The translations under genes and the position numbers were made by a program. Source: Teichococcus wenyumeiae (GTDB lineage: Bacteria > Pseudomonadota > Alphaproteobacteria > Acetobacterales > Acetobacteraceae). From it: a stretch of DNA of 49,077 bases. Where the stretch lies: the NCBI RefSeq assembly GCF_003696345.1, contig NZ_RFLX01000026.1, forward strand, positions 1 through 49,077, in the 5' to 3' direction. This document shows positions 24,241-34,471 of this stretch, in pieces. Numbering within the stretch: position 1 is the stretch's first letter; every line of letters begins with the position of its first letter. A model generated the notes under the pieces. The model was not told where the DNA came from, searched no databases, and saw only the letters and a program-made list of their open reading frames with translations.

Positions 24241-27200
24241 ACCCCCGGCCGGCACGGCTGCCGCTGTCCTTCGCGCAGCAGCGGCTGTGGTTCCTGGACC
24301 AGATGATGGGGCCGGGCCCCACCTACAACATCTCCAGCGCCCTTCGCCTGCGGGGCGCGCTGGACGCCGCCGCCATGGCGGCCGCGTTGTCCGGGATCGT
24401 GGCGCGGCACGAGGTGCTCCGCACCCGCTTCGTGGCCGAGGACGGCCAGCCCTTCCAGCAGGTGATGCCGGCATTCCCCGTGCCGCTGCCGCAGCGCGAT
24501 ATCGGCGATGTCGGAGATGCCGCCCTTCGTGCCGTGATTGTCGAGATTATCGCGCAGTCCTTCGACCTTGCCCAGGCACCCCTGTTGCGCGCCACGCTGG
24601 TGCGCCTGGGTGAGCAGGACCATGTGCTGGTGCTGCTGGTGCACCACATCGCCGCCGATGGCTGGTCGATCGGCCTTCTGACGGATGAGCTGGGCGCGCT
24701 CTACGCCGCCTTCGCGCGTGGCGAGGCGTCCCCGCTGCCGCCGCTGGCGTTGCAATACGCCGATGTGGCGCTGTGGCAGCGGGGCTGGCTGCGCGGCGCG
24801 GAGCTGGAGCGGCAACTCTCCTTCTGGCGCGACCGACTGGCCGGTGCCCCGGCGCTGCTGCACCTGCCGACCGACCATCCCCGGCCGCCGCGCGAGAGCT
24901 TCCGCGGCGCCCATGCCGGCTTCCGCCTGCCGCACGCCTTGGCGGAGGATCTGAAGGGACTGGCGCGCCGCCTCCGCACCACCTTGTTCACCGTGCTGGC
25001 GGCCGGGTTCTTCACGCTGCTGCACCGCTACAGCGGGCAGGACGACATCGTCGCCGGCACGCCCATCGCCAACCGCCACCGGCGGGAGGTGGAACCGCTG
25101 GTCGGGTTCTTCGTCAATACGCTGGCGCTGCGCGCCAGGGTGGATGGCGCCATGCCCTTCGAGGCGCTGGTGCGGCAGTTGAGCGAAACCGCCCGCGATG
25201 CCTTCGACCACCAGGACCTGCCGTTCGAGCGGCTGGTGGAGGAACTGGCACCGGAGCGGGACATGAGCCACGCGCCGCTGTTCCAGACCGCCTTCGCCTT
25301 GCAGAATGCGCCCCGGCCGCCCCTCCGGCTGGCCGGGCTGGAGATCGAGCCGCTGCCGCTCGACAACGGCACGGCGAAGTTCGACCTGTTCCTGTCGATG
25401 CAGGAGGAGGACGGGGCGCTGGCCGGGGTATGGGAATACGCCACCGACCTGTTCGAGCCCGGCAGCATCGACCGCTTCACGCGCCACCTCCAGGCGATCC
25501 TGGCGGCGGCGGTAGCCAACCCCGCCGGCGCCGTCGGCACATTGCCCATGCTGTCCGAGGCGGAGCGGCACCAGCAGTTACAGGAATGGAACGCGCCGCC
25601 GGTCCCGGCAGCCACGGTGCACAGCTTTCCCGCCCGCTTTCAGCGCCGCGTGGCGGAAGCGCCCGGCGGCGTCGCCCTGGCGGAAGGGCCGCGCGTGCTG
25701 CGTTACGCGGAACTCGATGCCGCCGCCGCCGCCCTCGCGGCGCGGCTGCGCGCGGCGGGCGTGGCGCCCGGCATGTTGGTGGGGCTGTGCCTGGAGCGCG
25801 GCGCGGACGCCTTTATCGCCATTCTGGCCCTGATCAAGGCGGGGGCCGCCTGGCTGCCGCTGGACCCCGACTATCCCGCCGCGCGGCTGTCCTTCGTGCT
25901 GTCGGACGCCGGGGTTCCGCTGGTGCTCACGCGCGACGCGCTGCTGCCGCGCCTGCCGGCGCCAGGAAGCTGGCAGCCCCTGTGCCTGGAGCGGCTGCCG
26001 GAAGGCCCGGCCCTGGCGCCCCATGACCCGGCGCCGGACGACCTGGCCTATGTGATCTACACCTCCGGCTCCACGGGCCAGCCCAAGGGGGTGATGCTGA
26101 CGCATGGCGGGCTCGGCAACCTCGCCGGCGCCGTGGCGTGGCGGTTCGGCGCCGGGCCGGGGGACCGGGTGCTGCAATTCGCGTCCCTCAGCTTCGATGC
26201 CTCGAGCTGGGAGATGGTCATGGCGCTGGGCAGCGGCGCCTGCCTGGTGCTGCCGCCGGCCCGCCCGTTGCCAGACTGCGCTTTCGCCGAATGGATGGCC
26301 GAGGCGGGCATCACCCACGCGACGCTGCCGCCCTCCTTTCTCGCCGCCCTGCCCAATGCGCCCCTGCCGGCGCTGCGGGAACTGGTGCTGGCGGGGGAGG
26401 CGCTGCCGCAGCCGCTGCTGGCGCGCTGGGCACCCGGGCGGCGCCTGACCAACGCCTATGGCCCCACCGAAACCACCGTCTGCGCCACGGCCGGCACCTG
26501 CGGGGCCGGGGAGGCAGTGACGATCGGCCGACCCATCGACAATGTCGTGGCGCTGGTTCTCGGGCCGCAGAACCAGTTGCTGCCGGTGGGCGCGGTGGGG
26601 GAATTGGCGGTCGGTGGTCTCGGGGTCGCGCGCGGCTATCTCGGGCGGCCGGAGCTGACGGCGGAGCGCTTCATCGCCAACCCCTACGGCCCTGGCCGGC
26701 TGTACCAGACCGGCGACCTGGCGCGGCACCGCCCGGACGGGCGCCTGGACTATGTCGGCCGCGCCGACCACCAGGCCAAGCTGCGCGGCTTCCGCGTGGA
26801 GCCGGGGGAGGTGGAGGCGGCGATCCGCCGCTGCGACGGCGTGGCCGACTGCGTGGTCGTGGCGCGGGAGGACGTGCCGGGCGAGAAACGCCTCGTCGCC
26901 TATGTGCAGCCGCTGCCGGACCATGCCGTGGAAGGGACGGAACGGCGGGACAGCTGGCGCACGCTGTTCGACAGCCTCTACCGGGACATGGCGGCGGGCG
27001 ACTTCAACATCGCCGGCTGGAACAGCTCCTATGACGGCCAGCCGATCCCTGCCGGGGAGATGCGGGAATGGCTGGACCACACGGTGGCCGAGATCCTGGC
27101 GCTGCGCCCGCGGCGGGTCCTGGAGATCGGCTGCGGCAGCGGGCTGGTGCTCGCGCGGGTGGCGCCGCTCTGTGCCGCCTACCATGGCACCGACATCGCG

Positions 27201-30200
27201 GCGGATGCGCTGCGGAGCGTGGCGGCGCTGTGCGAGGCGCGGCCGGAGCTCGCGCATGTGACGCTGGAACAGCGCGGCGCCGAGCAGATCGGCGGCCTGC
27301 CGGGCGGCTACGACCTCGTGGTGCTGAACTCGGTGGTGCAGTACTTCCCTGGCATCGACGACCTGCGGCGGCTTCTGCTGGCGGTGGTGCCGCTGCTGGC
27401 GCCGGGCGGCCGCGTGTTCCTGGGGGATCTGCGCCATCACGGGCTGATGGAGGCGCTCCAGGCCTCGGTCGCGGTGCATGCGGCGGGGGATGACACCACC
27501 CGCGCCGCGCTGCGCGAGCGTGTCCGCCGCCGCATGACGGAGGAGGAGGAGCTCTACGTCGACCCCGCCTTCTTCGCCGCGCTGCTGCCGGACCTGCCGG
27601 GCCTGGAGGAAGCGCGCATCCGCGTCAAGCGTGGCGCCGCGCGCAACGAGCTCAGCGCCTTTCGCTACCAGGCGGTGCTGGGCCCCGCCGCCGAGGGCAC
27701 GCCGCTGGCGGCGGAGCTGCACTGGAGCCGCGACCGCCTGGGATTGGCGGCGCTGGCGGCACGGCTGGAAGACGGCACCGCACCCTTCGCGGTGGAGGGC
27801 ATCCCCAACGCGCGGCTGGCGGCGGAAGCGCAGCTGCTGCGCTGGTTGCAGCAGCCGGGAGAGGCCACGCTGGAGGAATGGCGGCGCCAGCCTGTGCCTG
27901 CCGGCATCGAGCCCGAGGCGCTCCATGCCCTGGCGGCGCGGCATGGCTGGGCGCTGGAGCTGGCCACAACAGCCGGCGACCCCTGCGCGATGCGCGCCGT
28001 GTTCCACCGGGGCGCACCGCCCGCCCTTCCCGTCGCCGCCGGGGTGAGGGGGGACTGGTTGCGCTTCGCCAATGATCCGCTGCTCGGGCGCGCCAGCCAG
28101 CGGCTGGCCCCCATGCTGCGGCAGGCCTTGCGGGACACGTTGCCCGACTACATGCAGCCCGCCGCGACCGTGATGCTGGCGCGGCTGCCGCTGACACCCA
28201 ACGGCAAGGTGGACCGCGCCGCGCTGCCGCCGCCCGGCGGCCAGCCTGTTGCCGCGACCGTGCCGCCGTCCACGCCGGCGGAGGCGGTGCTGGCTGGCAT
28301 CTGGCGGGACCTGCTGCGGCTGGACCAGGTCGGCATCCACGACAACTTCTTCGAGTGCGGCGGCGATTCCATCCTGTCCATCCAGGTGATCTCCCGCGCC
28401 CGGGCCGCCGGGCTGCGGCTGAGCCCGCGCGACCTCTTCGCGCACCAGACCATCGCCCGGCTGGCGGCGGTGGCCACGGAGGATGCCGTCCCCACCGCCG
28501 AGCAGGACGCCGTGGTGGGCCCCGCCGCCGCCACGCCGATCCAGCACTGGTTCGCCGAGACCGTGGCGCCGGACCCGCACCACTTCAACCAGTCTCTGCT
28601 GGTGACGCTGCGTCCGGACTTCGATGCCGCCCTGCTGCCCGGCGTGCTGGACGCCCTGCTGCGTCACCACGATGCACTGCGCAGCCGTTTCCCCGGCCCC
28701 GGCCCGGAGCCCGAGATCCTGCCGGCCATGGACGCGGCGGGGGGCGCCGCGCTGATCGACCGGCACGACCTTTCCCTGCTGCCGGAGGACGCGCGGGCCG
28801 GGCGGCTGCGCGCCCTCTGCGCCGCCCTGCAGGCCAGCCTGGACCCGCGCGGCGGCCCGCTGCTGCGCCTGGCGCTGTTCGACATGGGCCCGGACGCGGC
28901 GCCGCTGCTGTTCTGGACCATGCACCATCTGGTGGTGGACGCCGTGTCCTGGCGCATCCTGCAGGAGGATTTCACCGCGGCCTACGCCCTGCTGGCGCGG
29001 GGGGAGGCCGTGGCGCTGCCGCCCAAGACCACCTCCGCCCGCGTCTGGGCGGCCATGCTGGAGCGGGAGGCCGAGGCGCCCACCACGCAGGCCGAGCTGC
29101 CCTACTGGCGGGAAGCGGTGTCCGTTGACGCGCCCGCCCTGCCGCGGGACTTCGCCGGCGACAACACCGTGGCGTCGGAAGCGGTGGTGGTGGCGCGGCT
29201 GGCGGAGGCGCCAAGCCGGGAGCTGCTGGGCCGTGCCCAGGCCGCCTACCGCACCCAAGGGCAGGAACTGCTGCTGGCGGCGCTCCTAGGCGTCCTGCGG
29301 GACTGGACGGGCGCGGATGCCGTGCGGCTGGACCTGGAGGGCCATGGCCGCCAGGGCGGCCCGGCGGAGGCCGACCTGTCCCGCACCGTCGGCTGGTTCA
29401 CGGCGCTGTACCCGCTGCGGCTGGCGGCGGCGGGCGACGATGCCGCCGCGCTGATCGTCGCGGCCAAGGAGCAGTTGCGCGCCGTGCCCCGCCACGGCCT
29501 GGGCTTCGGGCTGCTGCGCTACCTCCGCCGCCACCCGGCGCTGCTGGGGCAGCGCGGGTCGGAACTGTGCTTCAACTACCTGGGCCAGACCACCGTGCCG
29601 CGGGATGGTGAGCTGGTGACGGGCGTGCCGGAGCTGGACAGCGGCCCGATCCACGCGCCGCGCCAGCACCGCCCCTACCTGATCCAGGTGAACGCCGCCT
29701 TCACTGGCAGGCGGCTCGTGTTCCGCTGGCACTACAGCCGCGCCGTGCATGCCGAGGCCACGATCGAGAAGCTGGCGGAGGCGATGCTGCGGCGGCTGGA
29801 AGCGCTGGCGGCGCATTGCCTGTCGCTGCCCGCCCCGGTGCCCACGCCCGCCGACTATCCCGCCGCGACGCTGACGGGCGCCGAACTGGCCTCGCTTCCC
29901 CTCGACACGGAGGTGGAGGATGTCTGCGACGCCACGCCGCTGCAGGAGGGGATGCTGTTCGAATCCCTCTCATCCCCCGGAGCCGGCAGCTACCTGGAGC
30001 AGGTGGTGCTGGAACTACAAGGCCCGCTGCGGGAGGATGCCCTGCAAGCCGCGTGGCAGGAGCTGGTGAAACGCCATGCCGTGTTGCGAACCGCTTTCCA
30101 CTGGGAAGCGCAGGCACGGGTGAGGCAGGTGGTGCGCCGGCGGGCCACGCTGCCCTTCCTGCGCGAGGACTGGCGCGGCCTGCCCGGGGCGGTGCGGGAG

Positions 30201-33200
30201 CGGCGGGTGGAGGACTGGCTGGCCGCCGACCGCCGCACGCCCTTCGACCCCGCCCGCCCACCCCTGATGCGCCTGGCGCTGCTGCGGGCGGAAGAAGCCC
30301 GGTGGCACATGGTCTGGACCACCCACCACGCTTTGATGGATGGTTGGTGCATTCCGGTGCTGATGCGGGAACTGCGCGCGCTCTACGCGGCCGCTGTGCG
30401 CGGCACGCCCGCCGCGCTGCCGCCGGCGCCGGACTGGCGTGACTTCCTGCGCTGGCGGCGTGCGCGGGACGGCGATGCGCTGCTGGCCTTCTGGGGCGCG
30501 GAACTCGGGGATGTGGAGGCGCCGACACGCCTGGCCGCCTTGCCCGCCGCAAGCCACGGTATGCCCCGCCGCTGCAACACCCTGCGGCTGGAACTGCCGG
30601 CCCGCACCGCGACGGCGCTGGAAGGCACCGCCCGCGCCGCGCGCGTCACGCTGAACACCCTGCTGCAGGCCGCCTGGGCCCTGCTGCTGGGCCACGAGAC
30701 CGGAACCACGGACGTGCTGCACGGTACCACCGTGTCCGGCCGGCCGGCTGACCTGCCGGGCGTGGAGAACATGGTGGGGTTGTTCATCAACACCCTGCCG
30801 GTGCGCACGCGGCTGGACTGGTCCCTGCCGGTGCGGGACTGGGTGGAAGCCCGCCACGCCGCGCAGGTCGCCATGGAGCAGCATGGCAGCCTGCCGCTGC
30901 GCGACATCCTGGCCTGCGCGCCCGGCGTGCCGCGCGGAACACCGTTGTTCGACACGCTGCTGGTGTTCGAGAACTTCCCCTTTGACGCTGCCGAGCAGCG
31001 CCCATCCCTGGATACTGACGTTGCGGTATCCGGCTTCTCCGCCACGGGCGAGACCAGCTTCCCTCTCACCGTGGTGGCCAGTGCCCGCGCCGGGCGCCTG
31101 GCCTTGCGCATGACCTTCGACGAGGCCTGCCTCGACGCCGCGCGGGTGGAAACCCTCGCCGCGCGCCTGCGGGCGCTGCTGGACCGGCTGGCCGAGGGGC
31201 TGGAGGGCACGGTCGGCGAACTGCTGCCTTACGACGAGGCCGGGCGCGCGGCGCTGTTGTCCGCGGGGCAGGGCGCCACCCGCATCTGGGCCGGCCCGCC
31301 CGACCTGCCAGCGCTGTTCGCCGCCCACCGCGCCGCGGCACCGGATGCCGTCGCCCTGCTGGACGGCGCCTCCACCTGGACCTACGCCATGCTGGACGCC
31401 GCTGCCGCAGGCTTGGCGGCGCGGCTGGCGGCGGCGGGCCACCTGGCAGGCAGCCCGGTGGGCCTCTTGCTGGACCGTGGCGCGGGCTTCGTGGCGGCGG
31501 TGCTGGCGGCCTGGCGGCGCGGCGCGCCGTTTGTGCCGCTAGACCCGCGCTGGCCGGCCGCGCGGCTGGAGGAACTGGCAGCGCAGGCCGGCATCGGCCA
31601 TGTGGTCACCGACGGGGGCGCGATCCCGGTGCTGGCGGGAACGCGGCGCATCCTTGCCGCGGATGCCGCCGCCGACGCGGCGCAGGCTCCCCCAGTGGTG
31701 GGCGGGACGCTGGCCTATGTGATCTTCACCTCCGGCTCCACCGGGCGCCCCAAGGGCGTGCGCGTCGGTCACCGGCAACTGCACAACTACCTTCACGCCC
31801 TGGCCGAGCGGCTGGGGCTGGAGGCCGGCGGCCCGCAGCCCTGCTTCGCCACCACCGCCGGCTTCGCCGCGGACCTGGGCTACACCGCCCTGTTTGGCAC
31901 GCTCTGCACAGGCGGCCGCCTGCTGCTGGTGGAGGAAGCGCTGGCCACCGATCCGGACGCGCTAGCCGCCCTCTTCCGCGCACAGCCTGTGGATTACCTG
32001 AAGACCGTGCCCTCCCATTTTGCGGCCCTGCTGTCCGCGCGGGATGCGGCCGCGCTGCTGCCGCGCCGCGCCCTGATCTGCGGCGGCGAAGCACTGCCCT
32101 GGGCGCTGGTGGACCGTGCCCGCGCCTTGTCTCCTTCCACGGCGGTGTTCAACCACTACGGACCCACCGAAACCACGGTGGGCGCGGTGGCCGGCCGGGT
32201 GGATGCGCTGCCTGCCCATGCGCGGGCGGGGGAAACGGCGCCGCTCGGTCAGCCGCTGGCCAATATGGCGGTGACGCTGCTGAACGGCGCCGGCCAGCCG
32301 GTGCCGGCGGGTGCGCCTGGGGAGATCGTGCTGTCCGGCGTGCAGGTGGCGGAGGGCTATCTGGACGGCACCGAACCGGGCGGCTTCCGGCCCGGCGCGG
32401 TGCCGGCCTACCGGACGGGGGACCTGGCGCGGCGCCTGCCGGATGGCACCCTGCTTTATCTCGGCCGGGCCGACCGGCAGGTGAAGATCCGTGGCTACCG
32501 CGTGGAGCCGGAAGAGCTAGCCGCCGCCCTGCGCCGGCAGCCGGGCGTGCGGGACGTGGCGGTGGTGGCGTCGCCGGCGCCGGCCGGCGGGCAGCGCCTG
32601 CTGGCCTATGTCGTCCCCGCCGGCGCGGAGCCGGAGGGATGGGCCGACACGCTGCTGGCCGTCCTGCGCGACAGCCTGCCGGAGTTCATGCTGCCCGCAG
32701 CCGTGGTGCCGCTGCCGGCCATGCCGCGGCTGGGCAATGGCAAGCTGGACACCCAGCGCCTGCCGCAGCCCGAGCCCGCCGCCCACCGCGCCGCCGGGCC
32801 GCGCAATGTGGTGGAGGCGGCGCTGCTGCCCGCCTTCGCCGCGGTGCTGCGGGCGCCCTGCGCCGGAGTGAGCGACAACTTCTTCGACCTGGGCGGCGAT
32901 TCCATCCTGGCCATCCAGATCGTCGCCCGGGTGCGGCAGGCCGGCTGGGTAGTGACCACGCGGCAGATCTTCACGCACCAGACCGTCGCCGAGCTGGCCT
33001 TCGTGGCAAGCCCCGCCGATGCGGCGGCGACGGCTGCGGATACCGGAGCGCCCGCGCCGCCGACGCCGATCCAGCGCCGCTTCCTGCAACTCGGCCTGGC
33101 CAACCCTGCGCACTACAACCAGGCCATGATCTTCGCCGCACCGCCGGACGCCACGCCGGAGGTGCTGCGCCCGGCGCTTGCCGCGGTGATCGCGCGGCAC

Positions 33201-34466
33201 GACGCACTGCGGATGCGGCTGTCCGACTACGGCCCCGCCGCACAGCTGCTGTTCGGGGACGCGGAGGATGCCGGGAGCATCCTCCGCGTGCTCGACCTGC
33301 CCGGGGCGGAAGCGGTGGCGCTGGAAGCAGCGCTGGCCGCGGCCCAGGGCGGGCTGGACCCGGTGGCCGGACCCTTGATGCGGATGACCCTGGTGCGGCG
33401 CGGCGGCGGCCTGCCGCCGCTGCTGCACTGGGCTATCCACCATCTGGCGGTGGACGGCGTGTCCTGGCGCATCCTGCTGGCCGAGCTGGATACCGCCTGC
33501 CGGCAGCTTCGCGCCGGGCAACCGGTGGTGCTGCCGCCGGTCACGATGTCCTTCGCGGGCTGGGCACGGCTTCTCCAGGCCCATGCCACCTCGGCCGCCG
33601 TGGCGGCCGAGCTGCCCTACTGGATCGCCGCCGGCAGCGCGGACGGCGCCGCACCGCCGCCCGCCGACCACGCGCTGGCGCCGGATACCGTTCTGCAGGC
33701 CCGCCGTGTTTCCGTTGCGCTGGATGCGGCGGAAACCGATGCGCTGCTGAAGCGGGCGCCGGCCGCCTACAATACCCAGGTCAATGACCTGCTGCTGGCG
33801 GCGCTCGCGCGCGCCATGCGCGCGGCCACCGGCCAGGCGGCGCTGCGCGTGGACCTGGAAGGCCATGGGCGCGAGCCACCGGACGAGGCGGCCGACCTGT
33901 CGCGCAGCGTGGGCTGGTTCACCAGCCTGTTCCCGCTGCGCCTGACGCTGCCGCCGCGCGGCTGGGCCGACGACCCCGGCGCCGACATCCGCGCGGTGAA
34001 GGAAGCGCTGCGGCGCGTGCCGGGCAGGGGCATCGGCTACGGCCTGCTGCGCTACGGCGCCGGGGCGGCGGCGCTGCAGGCCCAGCCGGCGGCCCCCATG
34101 GTGTTCAACTACCTCGGCCAGTTCGACAGTCTTTCCGATGGCGGGGCCGATACCCTGCTGGCGGGGGAGGCCGGCACCGGCGCCGGCCCGATGCGGGACC
34201 CGCGCCAGCACCGCGTCTACCCGATCGAGGTGAATGCACTGGTGCTGGCCGGGCGGCTGCGGCTGTCCCTGGACTACCCCGCCGGCCGCTACGCCGCCGC
34301 GACCGCGCAGGGCTGGGCGGAGGCGATCATGGCGGAGCTGCGGCTGCTGCTGGAACACTGCCTGGCCGATGGCACGGGCGGCCACACCGCCAGCGACTTC
34401 GAGATGGCGGGCATGGATGACGCGGACCTGGCGCGGCTGGCCACACTGATGGGCAAGGACCACTGA
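24048..34466 (+). CDS. two-module NRPS: docking domain-C-A(Phe, embedded MT)-PCP-E-C-A(Asp-like)-PCP-E
   Basis: A GTG at 24048 overlapping the upstream TGA (GTGA) gives MTSPCIEDFLEVLSRAGVVLAVEGDRLRLR, a docking fold. The track ORF starts at 23232, but 23232-24047 is a spurious extension overlapping the previous gene's PCP. Module 1: VHHIAADGWS; A-domain code DAWTVAAVCK (Phe); MT VLEIGCGSG; PCP FFECGGDSIL (E-associated type); E HHLVVDAVSW. Module 2: C THHALMDGWC (DCL-like); A-domain code DLTKIGHVGK (Asp-like); PCP FFDLGGDSIL; E HHLAVDGVSW. The C-terminal tail is ...MAGMDDADLARLATLMGKDH (COM-donor-like). Confidence 0.9.
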   Translation: MTSPCIEDFLEVLSRAGVVLAVEGDRLRLRAAPGVLNDALRAEIAARKPELLRALGRNEGIRAADPRPARLPLSFAQQRLWFLDQMMGPGPTYNISSALRLRGALDAAAMAAALSGIVARHEVLRTRFVAEDGQPFQQVMPAFPVPLPQRDIGDVGDAALRAVIVEIIAQSFDLAQAPLLRATLVRLGEQDHVLVLLVHHIAADGWSIGLLTDELGALYAAFARGEASPLPPLALQYADVALWQRGWLRGAELERQLSFWRDRLAGAPALLHLPTDHPRPPRESFRGAHAGFRLPHALAEDLKGLARRLRTTLFTVLAAGFFTLLHRYSGQDDIVAGTPIANRHRREVEPLVGFFVNTLALRARVDGAMPFEALVRQLSETARDAFDHQDLPFERLVEELAPERDMSHAPLFQTAFALQNAPRPPLRLAGLEIEPLPLDNGTAKFDLFLSMQEEDGALAGVWEYATDLFEPGSIDRFTRHLQAILAAAVANPAGAVGTLPMLSEAERHQQLQEWNAPPVPAATVHSFPARFQRRVAEAPGGVALAEGPRVLRYAELDAAAAALAARLRAAGVAPGMLVGLCLERGADAFIAILALIKAGAAWLPLDPDYPAARLSFVLSDAGVPLVLTRDALLPRLPAPGSWQPLCLERLPEGPALAPHDPAPDDLAYVIYTSGSTGQPKGVMLTHGGLGNLAGAVAWRFGAGPGDRVLQFASLSFDASSWEMVMALGSGACLVLPPARPLPDCAFAEWMAEAGITHATLPPSFLAALPNAPLPALRELVLAGEALPQPLLARWAPGRRLTNAYGPTETTVCATAGTCGAGEAVTIGRPIDNVVALVLGPQNQLLPVGAVGELAVGGLGVARGYLGRPELTAERFIANPYGPGRLYQTGDLARHRPDGRLDYVGRADHQAKLRGFRVEPGEVEAAIRRCDGVADCVVVAREDVPGEKRLVAYVQPLPDHAVEGTERRDSWRTLFDSLYRDMAAGDFNIAGWNSSYDGQPIPAGEMREWLDHTVAEILALRPRRVLEIGCGSGLVLARVAPLCAAYHGTDIAADALRSVAALCEARPELAHVTLEQRGAEQIGGLPGGYDLVVLNSVVQYFPGIDDLRRLLLAVVPLLAPGGRVFLGDLRHHGLMEALQASVAVHAAGDDTTRAALRERVRRRMTEEEELYVDPAFFAALLPDLPGLEEARIRVKRGAARNELSAFRYQAVLGPAAEGTPLAAELHWSRDRLGLAALAARLEDGTAPFAVEGIPNARLAAEAQLLRWLQQPGEATLEEWRRQPVPAGIEPEALHALAARHGWALELATTAGDPCAMRAVFHRGAPPALPVAAGVRGDWLRFANDPLLGRASQRLAPMLRQALRDTLPDYMQPAATVMLARLPLTPNGKVDRAALPPPGGQPVAATVPPSTPAEAVLAGIWRDLLRLDQVGIHDNFFECGGDSILSIQVISRARAAGLRLSPRDLFAHQTIARLAAVATEDAVPTAEQDAVVGPAAATPIQHWFAETVAPDPHHFNQSLLVTLRPDFDAALLPGVLDALLRHHDALRSRFPGPGPEPEILPAMDAAGGAALIDRHDLSLLPEDARAGRLRALCAALQASLDPRGGPLLRLALFDMGPDAAPLLFWTMHHLVVDAVSWRILQEDFTAAYALLARGEAVALPPKTTSARVWAAMLEREAEAPTTQAELPYWREAVSVDAPALPRDFAGDNTVASEAVVVARLAEAPSRELLGRAQAAYRTQGQELLLAALLGVLRDWTGADAVRLDLEGHGRQGGPAEADLSRTVGWFTALYPLRLAAAGDDAAALIVAAKEQLRAVPRHGLGFGLLRYLRRHPALLGQRGSELCFNYLGQTTVPRDGELVTGVPELDSGPIHAPRQHRPYLIQVNAAFTGRRLVFRWHYSRAVHAEATIEKLAEAMLRRLEALAAHCLSLPAPVPTPADYPAATLTGAELASLPLDTEVEDVCDATPLQEGMLFESLSSPGAGSYLEQVVLELQGPLREDALQAAWQELVKRHAVLRTAFHWEAQARVRQVVRRRATLPFLREDWRGLPGAVRERRVEDWLAADRRTPFDPARPPLMRLALLRAEEARWHMVWTTHHALMDGWCIPVLMRELRALYAAAVRGTPAALPPAPDWRDFLRWRRARDGDALLAFWGAELGDVEAPTRLAALPAASHGMPRRCNTLRLELPARTATALEGTARAARVTLNTLLQAAWALLLGHETGTTDVLHGTTVSGRPADLPGVENMVGLFINTLPVRTRLDWSLPVRDWVEARHAAQVAMEQHGSLPLRDILACAPGVPRGTPLFDTLLVFENFPFDAAEQRPSLDTDVAVSGFSATGETSFPLTVVASARAGRLALRMTFDEACLDAARVETLAARLRALLDRLAEGLEGTVGELLPYDEAGRAALLSAGQGATRIWAGPPDLPALFAAHRAAAPDAVALLDGASTWTYAMLDAAAAGLAARLAAAGHLAGSPVGLLLDRGAGFVAAVLAAWRRGAPFVPLDPRWPAARLEELAAQAGIGHVVTDGGAIPVLAGTRRILAADAAADAAQAPPVVGGTLAYVIFTSGSTGRPKGVRVGHRQLHNYLHALAERLGLEAGGPQPCFATTAGFAADLGYTALFGTLCTGGRLLLVEEALATDPDALAALFRAQPVDYLKTVPSHFAALLSARDAAALLPRRALICGGEALPWALVDRARALSPSTAVFNHYGPTETTVGAVAGRVDALPAHARAGETAPLGQPLANMAVTLLNGAGQPVPAGAPGEIVLSGVQVAEGYLDGTEPGGFRPGAVPAYRTGDLARRLPDGTLLYLGRADRQVKIRGYRVEPEELAAALRRQPGVRDVAVVASPAPAGGQRLLAYVVPAGAEPEGWADTLLAVLRDSLPEFMLPAAVVPLPAMPRLGNGKLDTQRLPQPEPAAHRAAGPRNVVEAALLPAFAAVLRAPCAGVSDNFFDLGGDSILAIQIVARVRQAGWVVTTRQIFTHQTVAELAFVASPADAAATAADTGAPAPPTPIQRRFLQLGLANPAHYNQAMIFAAPPDATPEVLRPALAAVIARHDALRMRLSDYGPAAQLLFGDAEDAGSILRVLDLPGAEAVALEAALAAAQGGLDPVAGPLMRMTLVRRGGGLPPLLHWAIHHLAVDGVSWRILLAELDTACRQLRAGQPVVLPPVTMSFAGWARLLQAHATSAAVAAELPYWIAAGSADGAAPPPADHALAPDTVLQARRVSVALDAAETDALLKRAPAAYNTQVNDLLLAALARAMRAATGQAALRVDLEGHGREPPDEAADLSRSVGWFTSLFPLRLTLPPRGWADDPGADIRAVKEALRRVPGRGIGYGLLRYGAGAAALQAQPAAPMVFNYLGQFDSLSDGGADTLLAGEAGTGAGPMRDPRQHRVYPIEVNALVLAGRLRLSLDYPAGRYAAATAQGWAEAIMAELRLLLEHCLADGTGGHTASDFEMAGMDDADLARLATLMGKDH
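26950..27760 (+). other. methyltransferase domain embedded in the Phe A domain
   Basis: MREWLDHTVAEI...VLEIGCGSGLVLARV at 27121-27144. Closely similar to the MT at 22400-23200, sharing an identical 24-mer at 22561-22584 and 27060-27083. Confidence 0.7.
28500..29830 (+). other. epimerization (E) domain 1
   Basis: PIQHWFAETV...HHLVVDAVSWRIL at about 28923-28952. The upstream PCP has GGDSI, and the downstream C domain is DCL-type. Confidence 0.75.
31260..32770 (+). other. A domain, code DLTKIGHVGK (Asp-like, or Asn)
   Basis: FTSGSTGRPKG at about 31726-31758, YRTGDLARRL, and GNGKLDTQRL. The Asp signature DLTK..GH..GK was read by manual alignment to GrsA. Confidence 0.6.
33040..34400 (+). other. 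epimerization (E) domain 2
   Basis: PIQRRFLQLG...HHLAVDGVSWRIL at about 33438-33467. Confidence 0.75.
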
Positions 34467-34471
34467 GGGCG

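Noticed and set aside
19012-24474. 1820-aa minus-strand ORF, plus similar long antisense ORFs (12035-14761, 25578-29258, 38378-43063, 5470-7668, 16757-18643, 32517-34973, 14981-16756, 36074-38230)
   Set aside because: Their translations are Arg/Gly/Ala/Pro-rich low-complexity with no recognisable domains. They lie antisense to megasynthase genes that have dense, ordered catalytic motifs. They are a typical artefact of about 70% GC sequence.
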